Source of the DNA: Rhynchobatus australiae
Lineage: Eukaryota
NCBI GenBank assembly: GCA_034780895.1
Contig: JAUZTB010000118.1
Span: forward strand, 7,634,655 to 7,698,654
Direction: 5' to 3'
DNA length: 64,000 bases
Position numbers and translations under genes: made by a program. Below, piece after piece: positions 63,634-64,000 of this stretch (the first letter of the stretch is position 1; the number at the start of each line of letters is the position of its first letter). Below the pieces are notes generated by a model, which was given only the letters and a program-made list of their open reading frames with translations, made no database searches and had not been told where the DNA came from.

Positions 63634-64000
63634 GGTGAGGGATACCAAGTAGAATTAGAGAGCACAAAGAAACAATGGTCCCTATTTTCTGGTCAGTGAC
63701 TTTGAGGAAAGCTGCCCACAAGTATGCAATGGACTCTGCATCATAGATTTTGGCGTGTTGCTCCAATGGGCTTCCAGACCAAGTAGAAAGTACTGACTTG
63801 GAAGTACCTTATTAAATATTTTACACACAATACAGTGAAGATTGGGACATACACATGGAATTAGGGCAGTAGATTAAATATCACAAACTTTCAAAAAATA
63901 TTATAAAAGTCATGGACTTTCCCAAAGTCATTCTGAGTGGATGATATTAATGAGTGAATGAACATATGTAATTTTTTTCAGGCCAGAGAGGTTGTTCATC

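Noticed and set aside
63960-64000. Acceptor-like tttttttcAG|gccagagagg at the window edge
   Set aside because: Too little sequence, and it also resembles the CR1 'FF.QRVV' segment.
1-64000. CRISPR array, operon or other prokaryotic/viral system
   Set aside because: No regularly spaced repeat-spacer arrays or gene-dense coding sequence; the content is vertebrate retroelement-rich non-coding DNA.

Overview
AT-rich, CpG-depleted vertebrate genomic DNA from a gappy scaffold with about 30 N-runs. The repeat repertoire (CR1 LINEs, V-SINEs, Deu-domain SINEs, Rex1/Babar, RTE/BovB and Penelope-like elements) points to a cartilaginous fish (shark/ray); this is an inference. The window looks intronic or intergenic. 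It has no intact multi-exon gene, rRNA, tRNA or CRISPR array, and none of the listed ORFs is a credible standalone gene: most are decayed retrotransposon fragments or span N-gaps. A few isolated splice-site-bounded candidate exons occur on both strands. The best are a minus-strand ATG-bearing exon (12961-13172) and a plus-strand 80-nt coiled-coil-like exon (24666-24745), which may indicate overlapping antisense genes. The most distinctive signal is a set of Penelope pLTR remnants carrying minimal hammerhead ribozyme motifs. At least five of them are fold-back (inverted) copies whose symmetry axis lies in or next to the ribozyme core, and one has a 14-bp target-site duplication. V-SINEs occur with two different LINE-derived tails (CR1-like and Rex1/Babar-like). 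Family names come from recognising motifs by eye, and repeat boundaries are approximate.
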